Shown in pieces: positions 40,560 to 50,135 of a DNA stretch of 64,000 nucleotides (the first letter of the stretch is position 1; each line of letters opens with the position of its first letter). The DNA is from Roseibacillus sp. (GTDB lineage Bacteria > Verrucomicrobiota > Verrucomicrobiia > Verrucomicrobiales > Akkermansiaceae), in NCBI GenBank assembly GCA_051251855.1, contig JBPOGI010000006.1, forward strand, positions 192,001 to 256,000, in the 5' to 3' direction. The position numbers were made by a program, and so were the translations under genes. The notes beneath the pieces are model-generated. The model made no database searches and was not told the DNA's origin. It saw only the letters and a list, made by a program, of their open reading frames with translations.

Positions 40560-42061
40560 ACCTATTGAAAATCACTTCGGCTGCTCTTGTCTTCTGGAGC
40601 GGGTTCGCTTTTGGAGCCGACACGAGCCTTTCAGGTAGTCGGCCAAACATCATCGTCATCATGGCAGATGATTTGGGCTATGCCGATGTGGGTTTCAATG
40701 GTTGCCAAGATATTCCGACACCCAACATTGATCGACTGGCCAAAGACGGAGCGCAGTTTACCTCGGGATATGTCACCGGTTCCATGTGTGGGCCTTCACG
40801 AGCAGGTTTCCTCACGGGAAAAATCCAATCGACCTTTGGTTGGTATAATAATCCCAAACAACCTTTGAATCCGACTCATGGTTTGCCAAAGGGCATCAAG
40901 ACCGTGGCCTCGGAGCTCAAGAGCCTGGGTTACAAGACGGGCGGAGTGGGGAAGTGGCACATGGGCACGACCCCTGACCAGCATCCGAATGCCCTGGGTT
41001 ATGATGATTGGTATGGCTTCCTCAGTGGTGGCCGCTATTACTATCCGAATGACCATCCCAACTATGAAGGGAAATATCTCACAAAGGAGGAGCCGTGGGA
41101 TATGCGTCGGATTCATCACACCCTTCCCATCATGCATAATGATGAGGTGTTAGAGTGGGACCAATACCTGACCCGTGAACTCACCGATTACTCGCTCAAG
41201 TTCATTGACGATAATCAAGAGAAGCCTTTCTTCCTGTTCGTTTCCTACAATGCGCCGCACCTTGAGCTGGAAGCGCCCGAAGAAACGATTGCGCTCTTTC
41301 CTCCTGAGAAGATGACTCAGGTGCCGGGTGTGACCCAGGAAAGCCGTTCCATCTATGCCGCGATGACCTTTGAGATGGATCAAGGGATCGGCCAAATCAT
41401 TCGAGACTTGGAAGAAAAGGACTTGTTAGAAAACACTCTCATTTGGTTTCTGAGCGATAATGGGGGCATGAGGAAGACGAGCGATAACCGGCCGCTGAAG
41501 GGGTCGAAAGGCTCGCTATACGAAGGGGGATTGCGGGTTCCTTTCGTGGCCCATTGGCCGAAGGGGATTCCGTCGGGAACGAGCGTCGAGCATGCGGTGA
41601 CTTCACTTGATATTGGGGCCACCTCGGTGGTGATCGCGGGAGGAGATTTGGCGAAGACGGACTTTGACGGGGTGGACTTGCGCGATGCCTTGGCTGGTGG
41701 GGAGGCCCCTCACAAAGAGCTTTATTGGAGTTGGAGCCACCATGAGGGCCATCAAAAATCTGTGCGCGGAGTGTTCCTCAAGGACGGTTACAAGTTGATT
41801 CTCCAAGGAAGTAGAAGGCAGTTGTTTCATCTCTCGGAAGACCTTTCGGAAAGCCAAGACCTTTCGAAGGGTGAACCTGGCCTGGTGCAAGAGCTTTCCG
41901 CACGCTGGCAGGAGCTGAACAAGGCGAGTCGCCCGGGGTATTTCAAACAGCCCCAGAAAGGTCCCAACGCCCACCAATATGCCAACTATGATTGGCTCAA
42001 AGGGACTCCGCACTACAAAGAGGATGAGGATCCGGCTTCTTGGGTTAAGGAACTTCCTTGA
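40556..42061 (+). CDS. Sulfatase (Cys-type, family S1)
   Basis: [30 protein letters not shown] and YEGGLRVP. Confidence 0.93.
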   Translation: MNLLKITSAALVFWSGFAFGADTSLSGSRPNIIVIMADDLGYADVGFNGCQDIPTPNIDRLAKDGAQFTSGYVTGSMCGPSRAGFLTGKIQSTFGWYNNPKQPLNPTHGLPKGIKTVASELKSLGYKTGGVGKWHMGTTPDQHPNALGYDDWYGFLSGGRYYYPNDHPNYEGKYLTKEEPWDMRRIHHTLPIMHNDEVLEWDQYLTRELTDYSLKFIDDNQEKPFFLFVSYNAPHLELEAPEETIALFPPEKMTQVPGVTQESRSIYAAMTFEMDQGIGQIIRDLEEKDLLENTLIWFLSDNGGMRKTSDNRPLKGSKGSLYEGGLRVPFVAHWPKGIPSGTSVEHAVTSLDIGATSVVIAGGDLAKTDFDGVDLRDALAGGEAPHKELYWSWSHHEGHQKSVRGVFLKDGYKLILQGSRRQLFHLSEDLSESQDLSKGEPGLVQELSARWQELNKASRPGYFKQPQKGPNAHQYANYDWLKGTPHYKEDEDPASWVKELP

Positions 42062-42560
42062 GAAGTTCTTTCACTAGCTTTTGATACTTGTCGCCATCGC
42101 CTCCGTGGTAGGGGCCGGCCATGTGATTGTAGCGGAGCTTTCCGGTGTGGTCGAAGATGAGGTAGTAGGGGACGTATTCGACAGGAGCTTTTTCGAAATC
42201 GGTGAACCTCATCACCGAAAGGTTTTTTATCTCTTTGCTCCAACCGTTTTTCTTGAGGAGAGCGAGGGCGCTGTCTTTGCTACCGCTTTGGCAGTAGGAA
42301 GCGATGAGGTGAAAGGGTTGCTCCTTAAGCGACTTGGCCAGACCGACCATGCCCGGAGTGAGCTGTTTGCAGCCGCCTCATCCGCCCCAAATCACGAGGA
42401 GGGTGACTTTACCTTTGAGGTCGGCGGGCGCTTTCAGCTTCGGGCCTGCCCAGTTCGTGCCCCACTCGATGTCTTGGATGGAGCCTTCCACTTTACGGTT
42501 GTCTTGGTCGGCTGAGAGAGGGAGGCAGAGAAGGGCGGTGGCGAGGAATAATCTGAGCAT
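42045..42560 (-). CDS. Candidate selenoprotein: TlpA/redoxin-like with a UxxC motif
   Basis: The 42378..42560 and 42045..42350 ORFs share one frame and read DLKGKVTLLVIWGG-[TGA 42380-42378]-GGCKQLTP ... VPYYLIFDHTGKL. Confidence 0.8.
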
Positions 42561-42656
42561 GATGGGAATAAGACGATTTATCCTACTCTTGTATTCCCCG
42601 AGTGGCGAGATTTAGTGAGGGAAGAAGATGTCTACTCCGAATTCTGGTGGTGGTAG

Positions 42657-42704
42657 TGGGGCCCCGACTTTTTTCGGGGTAACCGAGCTGAAGACTCGCG
42701 GTCC
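42657..42704. repeat. Two-hairpin REP-like element (target of MITE copy 2)
   Basis: TGGGGCCCCGA..TCGGGG..CGAG-CTGAAGA-CTCG; related copies at 45863-45908 and 53421-53467. Confidence 0.55.
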
Positions 42705-42963
42705 AATGGCACTGCATTGAGCAGTTTTTCGTGCCGCAGGCAAAGAGAGAGGAGCGTGGTCTTTACAAGCCACCATCCAGTAATGTCTCTCGTTGAAGGT
42801 AGGCCTGCTCACTCCCGAATTCGCTGATCTTGCGTTGATTGATTCATCTGTCCAGTAACGAGATCAACCCCAGCGGCTTAAAAAGCCACTCTCCTATGCC
42901 TACGGCCTCAACTAGGATAAACACACTGTTTTCGAACGAAATGTGGCTTAATGCAGTGCCAAT
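42705..42963. mobile_element. Non-autonomous IS4-like MITE, copy 2, with a 13-bp target-site duplication
   Basis: Terminal repeats AATGGCACTGCATTGAGC / GCTTAATGCAGTGCCAAT; AGACTCGCGGTCC at 42692-42704 and 42964-42976. Confidence 0.82.
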
Positions 42964-43033
42964 AGACTCGCGGTCCTCGCTGTAGGTGAAAGAATACGGG
43001 CCCAGTTTGCTTATCAGAGATACTACTTTTGAA

Positions 43034-43801
43034 ATGAATCACTTTCCTTTTCTCGCTGCTCTTTTGTTTTTTGGATTGAGCGCTTTTCCTGCTCTGGCTG
43101 AGGAAGGTCAAGAGGCTAAGAAAGAACTGGCCAGCGAGGAGGAACTCTACACCAATCGTAAGAGTGCCTTTACGAACCCCAAAGTGGACCATCCGGACCG
43201 CCCTAACGTGTTACTGATAGGTGATTCCATTTCGATTGGTTACACTCCCTTTGTTCGGAAAACTCTCGAAGAGAAAGCAGATGTCTATCGCATTGCTGGC
43301 AATGGAAAGCATTCTTCCTTCGGTTTGGAAAATCTTGACAAGTGGTTGACGAAAAAGCCTGCGAAATGGGATTTGATTCACTTTAACTGGGGGCTCTGGG
43401 ACCTGTGTTACCGGCATCCTGAATCCAAGGTGCAAGGTCATAGGGACAAGGAGCGAGGAGAGCTGACGACCTCATTGGCAGATTACGAAAGCAACCTTGA
43501 AAAAATTGGGCTGCGATTAAAGGAGACGGGAGCAACTCTCATCTGGTGCGCGACCACGCCTGTGCCCGAGGGGGAGGCGGGGCGCAAGCTAGGTGATGAT
43601 TTGAAATATAATGAAGTGGCGGCGAAGGTGATGAAGAAGCACGGCGTGCTCATCAACGACCTTCACTCTCACGCCCTCGAAAAGTTGCCTGAGACTATGG
43701 TCCGCAAGGGCGACGTTCACTTCACAAATGAAGGCTACCAGCATTTGGCGGAGAAGGTGATGCAGGAAATTTCCGCTGCTCTTGAGAAGGCTGATCAATA
43801 A
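43034..43801 (+). CDS. SGNH/GDSL hydrolase
   Basis: LIGDSISIGY, FNWGLWD and GDVHF. Confidence 0.9.
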   Translation: MNHFPFLAALLFFGLSAFPALAEEGQEAKKELASEEELYTNRKSAFTNPKVDHPDRPNVLLIGDSISIGYTPFVRKTLEEKADVYRIAGNGKHSSFGLENLDKWLTKKPAKWDLIHFNWGLWDLCYRHPESKVQGHRDKERGELTTSLADYESNLEKIGLRLKETGATLIWCATTPVPEGEAGRKLGDDLKYNEVAAKVMKKHGVLINDLHSHALEKLPETMVRKGDVHFTNEGYQHLAEKVMQEISAALEKADQ

Positions 43802-45207
43802 TCTGCGCCTTCGTCGCTTTCTGCGCAGGATTTTTGCCAGGCTTCGAATTTCTGAGAGAGGTCGGCCACGATTTCAGGATGGTCCTCGGCGAGGTTGTTC
43901 TTTTCGGACGGGTCTTTGATGAGGTCGTAGAGGGACCATGAACCTTTCTGGTTTCCTCGGTAAATTTTGTATTGCTGAGTGGACCAAGCCGCAGTCTTGC
44001 GACATTGGAAACCGATTCCTTTTTTGCGTTCGGTTTCTTCACCAGTCATCACGGGAAGAAGTGAGATGCCATCGAGTGGGCGCTCTCCCTTGTAGTCGAC
44101 CTGCACCGCATCGAGAATGGTGGGGAGGTAATCACTGGTGACGGCGGGGAACTCAGTGACGGTGCCCGCTTTGACTTTGGCCGGCCAAGCGAGGATGCCT
44201 GGAACTCGCACGCCTCCTTCGTTGAGGCTTCGCTTGCGTCCCTTGAAGTGAGCCGCGGACCCTGGGCTCTTGTTGTTTCCTTCCGGGCCATTGTCGGAGC
44301 AGAACCAAACCATGGTGTTGTCGGCGACCCCTGCTTCTTTGAGAGTTGCGCGCAAGCGACCGACTTGGTCATCCATCGCGGTGACGCAGCCATTGTAGTT
44401 CTTTTCAAAGTCGCTCACTCCGGGATACATCGCCGCGTATTTCGGTCCCGCCACAACGGGGAGGTGGGGGGTGTGAAACCAGACGACGGCGAAGAACGGC
44501 TTCTTTTGTTCAGCGGATTGTTCGACGAAAGGAACGACGCGGTCCATGATGACGCGGGAGTCGTCTCCTGCGAGATTTTCGCGCACGACCTCGCCCTTTT
44601 CATTCCAGTAGTGAGTGCCATAGGGTTTCGCAGTGGAGGGGGCTTTGATGACATCCCAGCCCTTGCCTCCTCCGTTCCAGCCTTCTTTATCACCGGGCTT
44701 GAGCATGGGGTCCCAAGTGGGGACTTTGGATTCGGTAGAGAAGCAGACCTCGAAGCCGTTTTTCCAGGGCGGGCTAAAGTGCTCGGTGTCTCCGGGCTTT
44801 GCGCGGTTGGCATCCTTGATCTCGGTGGTGAGGGTACCAAGGTGCCATTTTCCAAAGTGTCCGGTTGCATAGCCTTTTTCTTTGAGAAGTTCGGCCAGGG
44901 TGAGTTCTTCGGTCTTCATCTTGCCCGTGTTGGCGTAGTAGATGCCATAGCGGAAAGGATGACGGCCCGTGATGCTGGAACCGCGAGTGGGGCTACAGAC
45001 TGGCGAAGAAGAATAGAAGCGGTTGAACTGCATCCCTTCCTGAGCCATGGCATCAAGGTGGGGAGTCTTGATGGGGGTCTTCGGGTTGAAGCATTGCACG
45101 TCTCCCCATCCGAGGTCGTCTGCCATCATCAGGATGATGTTCGGTTGTTCGGCGGCTTGAGTGGCCGCGAGTCCGGCGAAGAGGCTGAGAATCAGATTTT
45201 TGAGCAT
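43795..45207 (-). CDS. Sulfatase (Cys-type, family S1)
   Basis: Signal peptide from ATG 45207, PNIILMMADDLGWGD, CSPTR and GKWHLG. Confidence 0.92.
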   Translation of the reverse strand: MLKNLILSLFAGLAATQAAEQPNIILMMADDLGWGDVQCFNPKTPIKTPHLDAMAQEGMQFNRFYSSSPVCSPTRGSSITGRHPFRYGIYYANTGKMKTEELTLAELLKEKGYATGHFGKWHLGTLTTEIKDANRAKPGDTEHFSPPWKNGFEVCFSTESKVPTWDPMLKPGDKEGWNGGGKGWDVIKAPSTAKPYGTHYWNEKGEVVRENLAGDDSRVIMDRVVPFVEQSAEQKKPFFAVVWFHTPHLPVVAGPKYAAMYPGVSDFEKNYNGCVTAMDDQVGRLRATLKEAGVADNTMVWFCSDNGPEGNNKSPGSAAHFKGRKRSLNEGGVRVPGILAWPAKVKAGTVTEFPAVTSDYLPTILDAVQVDYKGERPLDGISLLPVMTGEETERKKGIGFQCRKTAAWSTQQYKIYRGNQKGSWSLYDLIKDPSEKNNLAEDHPEIVADLSQKFEAWQKSCAESDEGADY

Positions 45208-45617
45208 GGTTCTAATTTTTGGAAAGCGTGGGTGAGATTTTGACGCGAGTCGATCATTGGTTTTACTGGGGGAGGCGTTGTTCTCTTCCAACGATGAATG
45301 AATTTCTGAGGACTCAAGTGTCCTTGTCGTTTTTGACAAAGAGAACGATGCCCAGCTCGAGGTCATTTGTCGCAAGCTCGGAGGAACCATCGAAGTCATC
45401 ATCGAAGACAAAGGCCACAGCCACGGCCAAAAGGAGCTGGCTACGAAGAAGCGTTTTTACGAGTTCGTGAGGGAGAACACCTTTCGAGTGCCGAAGTGAG
45501 TGTTGCTGGGGAATGAGGGAGCATCCCAGCCACCGCCGCTTTTCGATGGGGGGAGCTTGAGAGGGGGGAATCAACGGAGCGAACGGTTTCTGAATTATTT
45601 GTCTGTCCAACTACGAC
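45207..45617. repeat. 411-bp direct repeat, copy 1
   Basis: Gap-free match to 49592-50002, about 93 percent identical by manual count. Confidence 0.92.
45326..45499 (+). pseudogene. 3' remnant of an alpha/beta hydrolase gene
   Basis: ENDAQLEVICRKLGGTIEVIIEDKGHSHG resembles ENDAIMEQRYKALGGSIKVIIENKGHSHG of the 37353-38873 protein; an upstream in-frame stop and no credible start. Confidence 0.8.
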
Positions 45618-45618
45618 G

Positions 45619-45695
45619 GTAAATCTTGGGGTTTTCGATTTTAGCGTTTTGACCTTCAGTTCTTTATGCTGATGGTGGTTTTGCGGTGACGTGAT
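45619..45695. repeat. 77-bp block identical to 53584-53660
   Basis: GTAAATCTTGGGG...GGTGACGTGAT exact duplicate. Confidence 0.92.
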
Positions 45696-45713
45696 GATGT
45701 TGGGGCGGAGGGG

Positions 45714-45800
45714 ATGAATTGTGAATGTGGAATGTGGAATGTGGAATGTGGAATGTGGAATGTGGAATGTGGAATGGTGAAGGTGGAATGGTGAAGGTGG
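45714..45800. repeat. Heptamer tandem repeat (GGAATGT)n
   Basis: Six perfect units with degenerate flanking units. Confidence 0.92.
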
Positions 45801-45862
45801 GAGAGAGCGTTTTGTTTGTCTGACTTTTCTCATCGTGCCCCAACGGTCCGTCAACAAGGCAC

Positions 45863-45908
45863 TGGGGCCCCGACCCTGTCGGGGGATCCGGACTGAAGTC
45901 CGCACTCC
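45863..45908. repeat. Two-hairpin REP-like element
   Basis: CCCCGAC-CCT-GTCGGGG and CGGACT-GA-AGTCCG followed by CACTCC. Confidence 0.6.
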
Positions 45909-45993
45909 GTCTGGATGGGCAGCTTTGGCTTTGGGGGGGCTTGAGATGGGGGAATCAACGGAGCTGCGGATTCTGAATCATTTGCCTGTCCAA

Positions 45994-46857
45994 CTACGAC
46001 GCGAGGAAAAGGAGGAGTTCTCGTAGCAGCTTGGCGGCGACGACGGAGGAGACGTCGCTGGCGTCGAGGGTGGGGGCGAGTTCCATGAGGTCGAGGGCGA
46101 CAATGTTTTCTGGGGCAAGGGCAGCGAGGAGGGATTCGCAGGTGGCCCAATCGATGCCACCGGGTTCGGGAGTGCCGGTTCCAGGAACGAGTGAGGGATC
46201 GAAGACGTCGATGTCGAAGGTGAGGTAGAGGGGGCGTCCTTTGAGGCGGGAAAGCGCAGTGGTGAGGGCTTCCGCAGTGGGCGCGACGAGTCGGTTCGTG
46301 GCGCGCATTTCTTGAAACTCCTCGCGGGTGCCGGAGCGGATTCCTACTTGGAGGAGGCGTTCTGCAGGCAGGAAATCGAGGATGCGCCGCATGGCACAGG
46401 CATGGGAGTGGGGGGAGCCATTCCACTCCTCCCGCAGGTCGGCGTGGGCATCGAATTGGACCACGGCGAGGTCGGGGTATTTCTCGAAAGCAGCACGCGC
46501 CGGTCCGGGGGTGATGGAATGTTCGCCACCGAGAATGACCGGAATGGCATTGGCTGTTAGAATCTCGATGGTGGCGGAGTAGGCGGCCTCGATGACTGGT
46601 TCGGGTGCACCGTGAGGAAGAGCGAGATTACCGAGGTCGGTGAAAAGAAGGTCTTCCAAGTCCCGATCTTGGGCGGGGGAGTAGGTCTCGATTCCGTCCT
46701 CGCTCACCCTGCGCACTCCGTCCGGCCCCCAGCGAGTTCCGGGCCGGAAGGACGTGGTGCCGTCATAGCCGATTCCGAGGAGGGCGGGTTGTCCGGACTT
46801 GAGTTCAGCACCAGTCGAGGCGATGAAGGGGGCGGAGTTGGGAGGAATAAGGTCCAT
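45994..46857 (-). CDS. speB: Agmatinase
   Basis: YDGTTSFRPGTRWGP, GGEHSIT, FDAHADLR and DIDVFDP..PGTGTPEPGG. Confidence 0.92.
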   Translation of the reverse strand: MDLIPPNSAPFIASTGAELKSGQPALLGIGYDGTTSFRPGTRWGPDGVRRVSEDGIETYSPAQDRDLEDLLFTDLGNLALPHGAPEPVIEAAYSATIEILTANAIPVILGGEHSITPGPARAAFEKYPDLAVVQFDAHADLREEWNGSPHSHACAMRRILDFLPAERLLQVGIRSGTREEFQEMRATNRLVAPTAEALTTALSRLKGRPLYLTFDIDVFDPSLVPGTGTPEPGGIDWATCESLLAALAPENIVALDLMELAPTLDASDVSSVVAAKLLRELLLFLAS

Positions 46858-46864
46858 GGTTTTG

Positions 46865-48091
46865 TTAGGCCAGGCGGTGTTTGAAGGTCTTGTAGCCAAA
46901 TTTTCGAGCCACCTTGAGGGAGCCGTCTTCGCGCAGACAAGTGATGGTTGGGAGGGGGACTCCGTTGAAGGTGTTGTTCTTGACCGTGGTGTAATGGGCC
47001 ATGTCTTGAAAAAGGATTTGGTCACCAATTTGGAGGGGCTCGTCAAAGCTGTAGTCGCCAATGACGTCGCCTGAGAGACAGGTCGGTCCTCCGAAGCGGT
47101 AGGTGTGAGCCTTTTCCCCCGGTTGCCCACTTCCGAGCACGTCGGGGCGGTAGGGCATCTCCAAGACGTCGGGCATGTGGGTGGTGGCCGAGACATCGAG
47201 CACCGCGACCTGCATTCCGTTTTCGACAATGTCGATCACGGAGCCAATGAGCACGCCTGCTCCCGAAGAGATGGCTTCGCCAGGTTCAAGAAAGATGTCC
47301 AGCTGGGGGTAGCGTTCCTGCACTTCACGGATGAGGCGGGTGAGAAGAGGGACATCGTAGTTGGGGTTGGTGATGAGGTGTCCGCCTCCCATGTTGAGCC
47401 ACTTCATTTGCTGTAGATAGGGGTCGAATTTGGCGATGACATGTTCGAGGGTGCGCTCCAAGGCGTCGGCTCCTTGCTCGCAGAGAGTGTGGAAGTGTAG
47501 GCCTTCAATCCCAGTCAAGTCTGCTCCTTCTAACAAGGATGCCAGCACTCCAAAGCGTGAGCCTGGTGCGCAGGGGTTGTAAATCTCCGCCACCGCTTCG
47601 GCATACTCGGGATTGATGCGTAGACCGGGTGAAATTTTGCGGGAGGAATTGAGAAGCTCACCGCGATAGCGCCGCCACTGGCTGAGGGAGTTGAAGACGA
47701 TGTGGTCCGAGATTTCCAGTAGTTTCGTGATTTCAGCGGGCTTGTAGGCGGGCGAAAAGACGTGCACTTCGCCTCCGAATTCCTCGGCTGCAAGACGGGC
47801 TTCGTAGTAGCCACTCGCGGTGGTGCCGGCGAGGTAGTTGCGCAGAATGGGGTAGATGCTGGTGCTGGAGAAGGCCTTCTGGGCGAGGAGGATTTTGGCG
47901 CCGGTGGCGTCCTGAACGGACTTCAGAATTTGTCCGTTGGAGTGAAAGGCCGCTTGGTCGAGGATATAGGCGGGGGTGGCGAGACCGCTTTTCTGGAAAG
48001 AGGAAGCGATTTCAGCAAGAGGAGTGCGCTCCCGGTGTTGGGGTGGGAGGGTTTGGTGGGATTGGGTTGGTTGAAAGTCTGAAGAATTCAT
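46865..48091 (-). CDS. nspC: Carboxynorspermidine/carboxyspermidine decarboxylase
   Basis: LLAQKAF, LRINPE, YNPCAPGSRFG, GLHFHTLCEQ, HMPDVLEMPY, CLSGD and HYTTVKNNTFNG. Confidence 0.93.
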   Translation of the reverse strand: MNSSDFQPTQSHQTLPPQHRERTPLAEIASSFQKSGLATPAYILDQAAFHSNGQILKSVQDATGAKILLAQKAFSSTSIYPILRNYLAGTTASGYYEARLAAEEFGGEVHVFSPAYKPAEITKLLEISDHIVFNSLSQWRRYRGELLNSSRKISPGLRINPEYAEAVAEIYNPCAPGSRFGVLASLLEGADLTGIEGLHFHTLCEQGADALERTLEHVIAKFDPYLQQMKWLNMGGGHLITNPNYDVPLLTRLIREVQERYPQLDIFLEPGEAISSGAGVLIGSVIDIVENGMQVAVLDVSATTHMPDVLEMPYRPDVLGSGQPGEKAHTYRFGGPTCLSGDVIGDYSFDEPLQIGDQILFQDMAHYTTVKNNTFNGVPLPTITCLREDGSLKVARKFGYKTFKHRLA

Positions 48092-48116
48092 GGAGAAAAA
48101 ATGGGAAAGGATTTGA

Positions 48117-48148
48117 AAAGAAGAGAGGTCCCGCAGAAGAGCGGGGCC
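48117..48148 (-). terminator. Terminator-like hairpin inside the polyamine operon
   Basis: Minus strand GGCCCCGC-TCTTCT-GCGGGACC followed by a pyrimidine/U-rich run. Confidence 0.4.
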
Positions 48149-48232
48149 GAGGGTAGCAACAGAAGCACGTAGGGTGCTTTTGTTTGTTCGTTTCAAAGGG
48201 CGCAGCGCGGTTTCTTCAACCAGCGACTGCGC

Positions 48233-49450
48233 CTACAGACTCAATTCTTGATCAACTTCAAGGACATGCCAGGGGAGGCCCCAGGCATTCAAGTCGTCCA
48301 TGAAGGGATCAGGATCGAGCTGCTCCAAGTTCCACACCCCGGGACGCAGCCAAGCTCCGGAAATGAGTTGTCTTCCTCCGATCATCGCCGGGACCCCAGC
48401 GGTGTAGCTGATGGCCTGGCTCTTCACTTCCGCGAAGCATTCCTGATGATCACAAATGTTGTAGATGAATTTCGTCTTCCACTCCCCAGTCTCTTGGCAC
48501 TTGCCAGTGATGAGGCAGCCGATACAGGTTTTGCCCTTGGTGAGGGGGCCCAGCGAGGCGGGGTCGGGGAGCACTTTTTGCAGAAACTGGAGGGGAGAGA
48601 TTTCGGTGTCGCCAATGGTGAGGGGCTCGATATCAGTCATGCCCACGTTCTCGAGAACGGTGAGGTGATTGATATAGTTGTCCGAGAAGGTCATCCAAAA
48701 GCGAATGCGCTCGAGGCCCGGGAGGTTGAGGGCCAGGCTTTCCATCTCCTCGTGATGCAGGAGATAGATTTTGCGGGTGCCGATGTCTTCGTGTGGGAAG
48801 TCGAACTCAGTCGAGACCGCGAGTGGCTCGGTTTCCTTCCATTCTCCTTTTTCCCAATAGCGGCCGGGAGCGGTGATTTCCCGGATGTTGATTTCGGGGC
48901 TGAAGTTGGTGGCGAAGGGCAAGCCGTGATCGCCAGCATTGGCATCGATGATGTCCACCGTTTTGATTTCGCTGAAAAAGTGCTTCAGGGCATAGGCGCA
49001 AAAGACATTGGTTACCCCGGGGTCGAAGCCCGAGCCGAGAATGGCAGTGAGACCGGCTTTCTCGAAGCGCTCCTGGTATTCCCACTGATACTTGTATTCG
49101 AAGTGGGGGTTCTCCGGGGATTCGTAGTTCGCGGTGTCGAGGTAATGGACCCCCGCTTCCAAGCAAGCCTCCATCAGGGTGAGGTCTTGATAGGGCAGGG
49201 CAATGTTGAGGAGGTAGTCGGCCCCGACCTCTTTGAGAAAAGCAGCGGTCGCGGTGACATCGTCGGCATCCACTTGAGCGGTCTTGAGCTCCACGCCGGT
49301 CGCGGCCCGGATGTCAGCGGCAATGGCGTCGCACTTTTCTAGGGTGCGGCTCGCGAGCCAAATGGTGCCAAAGGTCTCGGCATCCTGGGCGCACTTGTGT
49401 GCGACCACGTTCCCGACCCCTCCCGCTCCGATAATGACCGTCGTTATCAT
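48233..49450 (-). CDS. Carboxy(nor)spermidine dehydrogenase (saccharopine dehydrogenase family)
   Basis: IIGAGGVG, ALPYQDL, YLDTANYE, GSGFDPGVT and FATNFSPEINIREIT; directly upstream of nspC. Confidence 0.9.
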   Translation of the reverse strand: MITTVIIGAGGVGNVVAHKCAQDAETFGTIWLASRTLEKCDAIAADIRAATGVELKTAQVDADDVTATAAFLKEVGADYLLNIALPYQDLTLMEACLEAGVHYLDTANYESPENPHFEYKYQWEYQERFEKAGLTAILGSGFDPGVTNVFCAYALKHFFSEIKTVDIIDANAGDHGLPFATNFSPEINIREITAPGRYWEKGEWKETEPLAVSTEFDFPHEDIGTRKIYLLHHEEMESLALNLPGLERIRFWMTFSDNYINHLTVLENVGMTDIEPLTIGDTEISPLQFLQKVLPDPASLGPLTKGKTCIGCLITGKCQETGEWKTKFIYNICDHQECFAEVKSQAISYTAGVPAMIGGRQLISGAWLRPGVWNLEQLDPDPFMDDLNAWGLPWHVLEVDQELSL

Positions 49451-49591
49451 CAACAATTAATCAGAGCGGGGATTTCCTTTTTCTTGAAGATTTAGTCAAT
49501 CTCATTTTCTTTTTGGACACGCTTTTGTGATGAGGCTAGGGAGGGATTTTAGAAGGAGAATGGTCAATCATTTGTCTGTCCCACTAAGACG

Positions 49592-50002
49592 TGGTTCTAA
49601 TTTTTGGAAAGCGTGGGTGAGATTTTGACGCGAGTCGACAATTGGTTTTACTGGGGGAGGGGTTGTTCTCTTCCAACGATGAATGAATTTCTGATGGCTC
49701 AAGTGTCCTTGTCGTATTTGACAAAGAGAACGATACCCAGCTGGAGGCCATCTATCGCAAGCTCGGAGGAACCATCGAAGTCATCATCGAAGACAAAGGC
49801 CACAGCCACGGCCAAAAAGAGCCGGCTACCAAGAAGCGTTTTTACGAGTTCGTGAGGGAGAACACCTTTCGGGTGCCCAAGTGAGTGGTGCTGGGGAATG
49901 AGGGAGCATCCCAGCCACCGCCGCTTTTCGATAGGAGGAGCTTGAGAGGGGGGAATCAAAGGAGTGAGTGGTTTCTCGATTATTTGTCTGTCCAACTATT
50001 GC
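49592..50002. repeat. 411-bp direct repeat, copy 2 (contains the hydrolase remnant at 49711-49884)
   Basis: Matches 45207-45617. Confidence 0.92.
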
Positions 50003-50135
50003 GCAACGGCGCAAGGCGTTTCTCAATAATTTGTCTGTCCAACTACGACGGCTCCAATTACGGAGGTCCAATTACGACGATTAAGAAGCTTCATCGAGGA
50101 TGAGTGGATGGTTTCGCAGCGATGATTTGCTAGGT

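Noticed and set aside
32366..42963. Composite transposon formed by the two MITE copies
   Set aside because: Copy 2 has its own target duplication on both sides and the copies are diverged, which indicates independent insertions.
45314..45610. 98-aa minus-strand ORF (and its twin at 49699-49995) as a real gene
   Set aside because: The plus-strand frame matches a hydrolase C-terminus, so the minus ORF is best explained as its shadow within a recent duplication.
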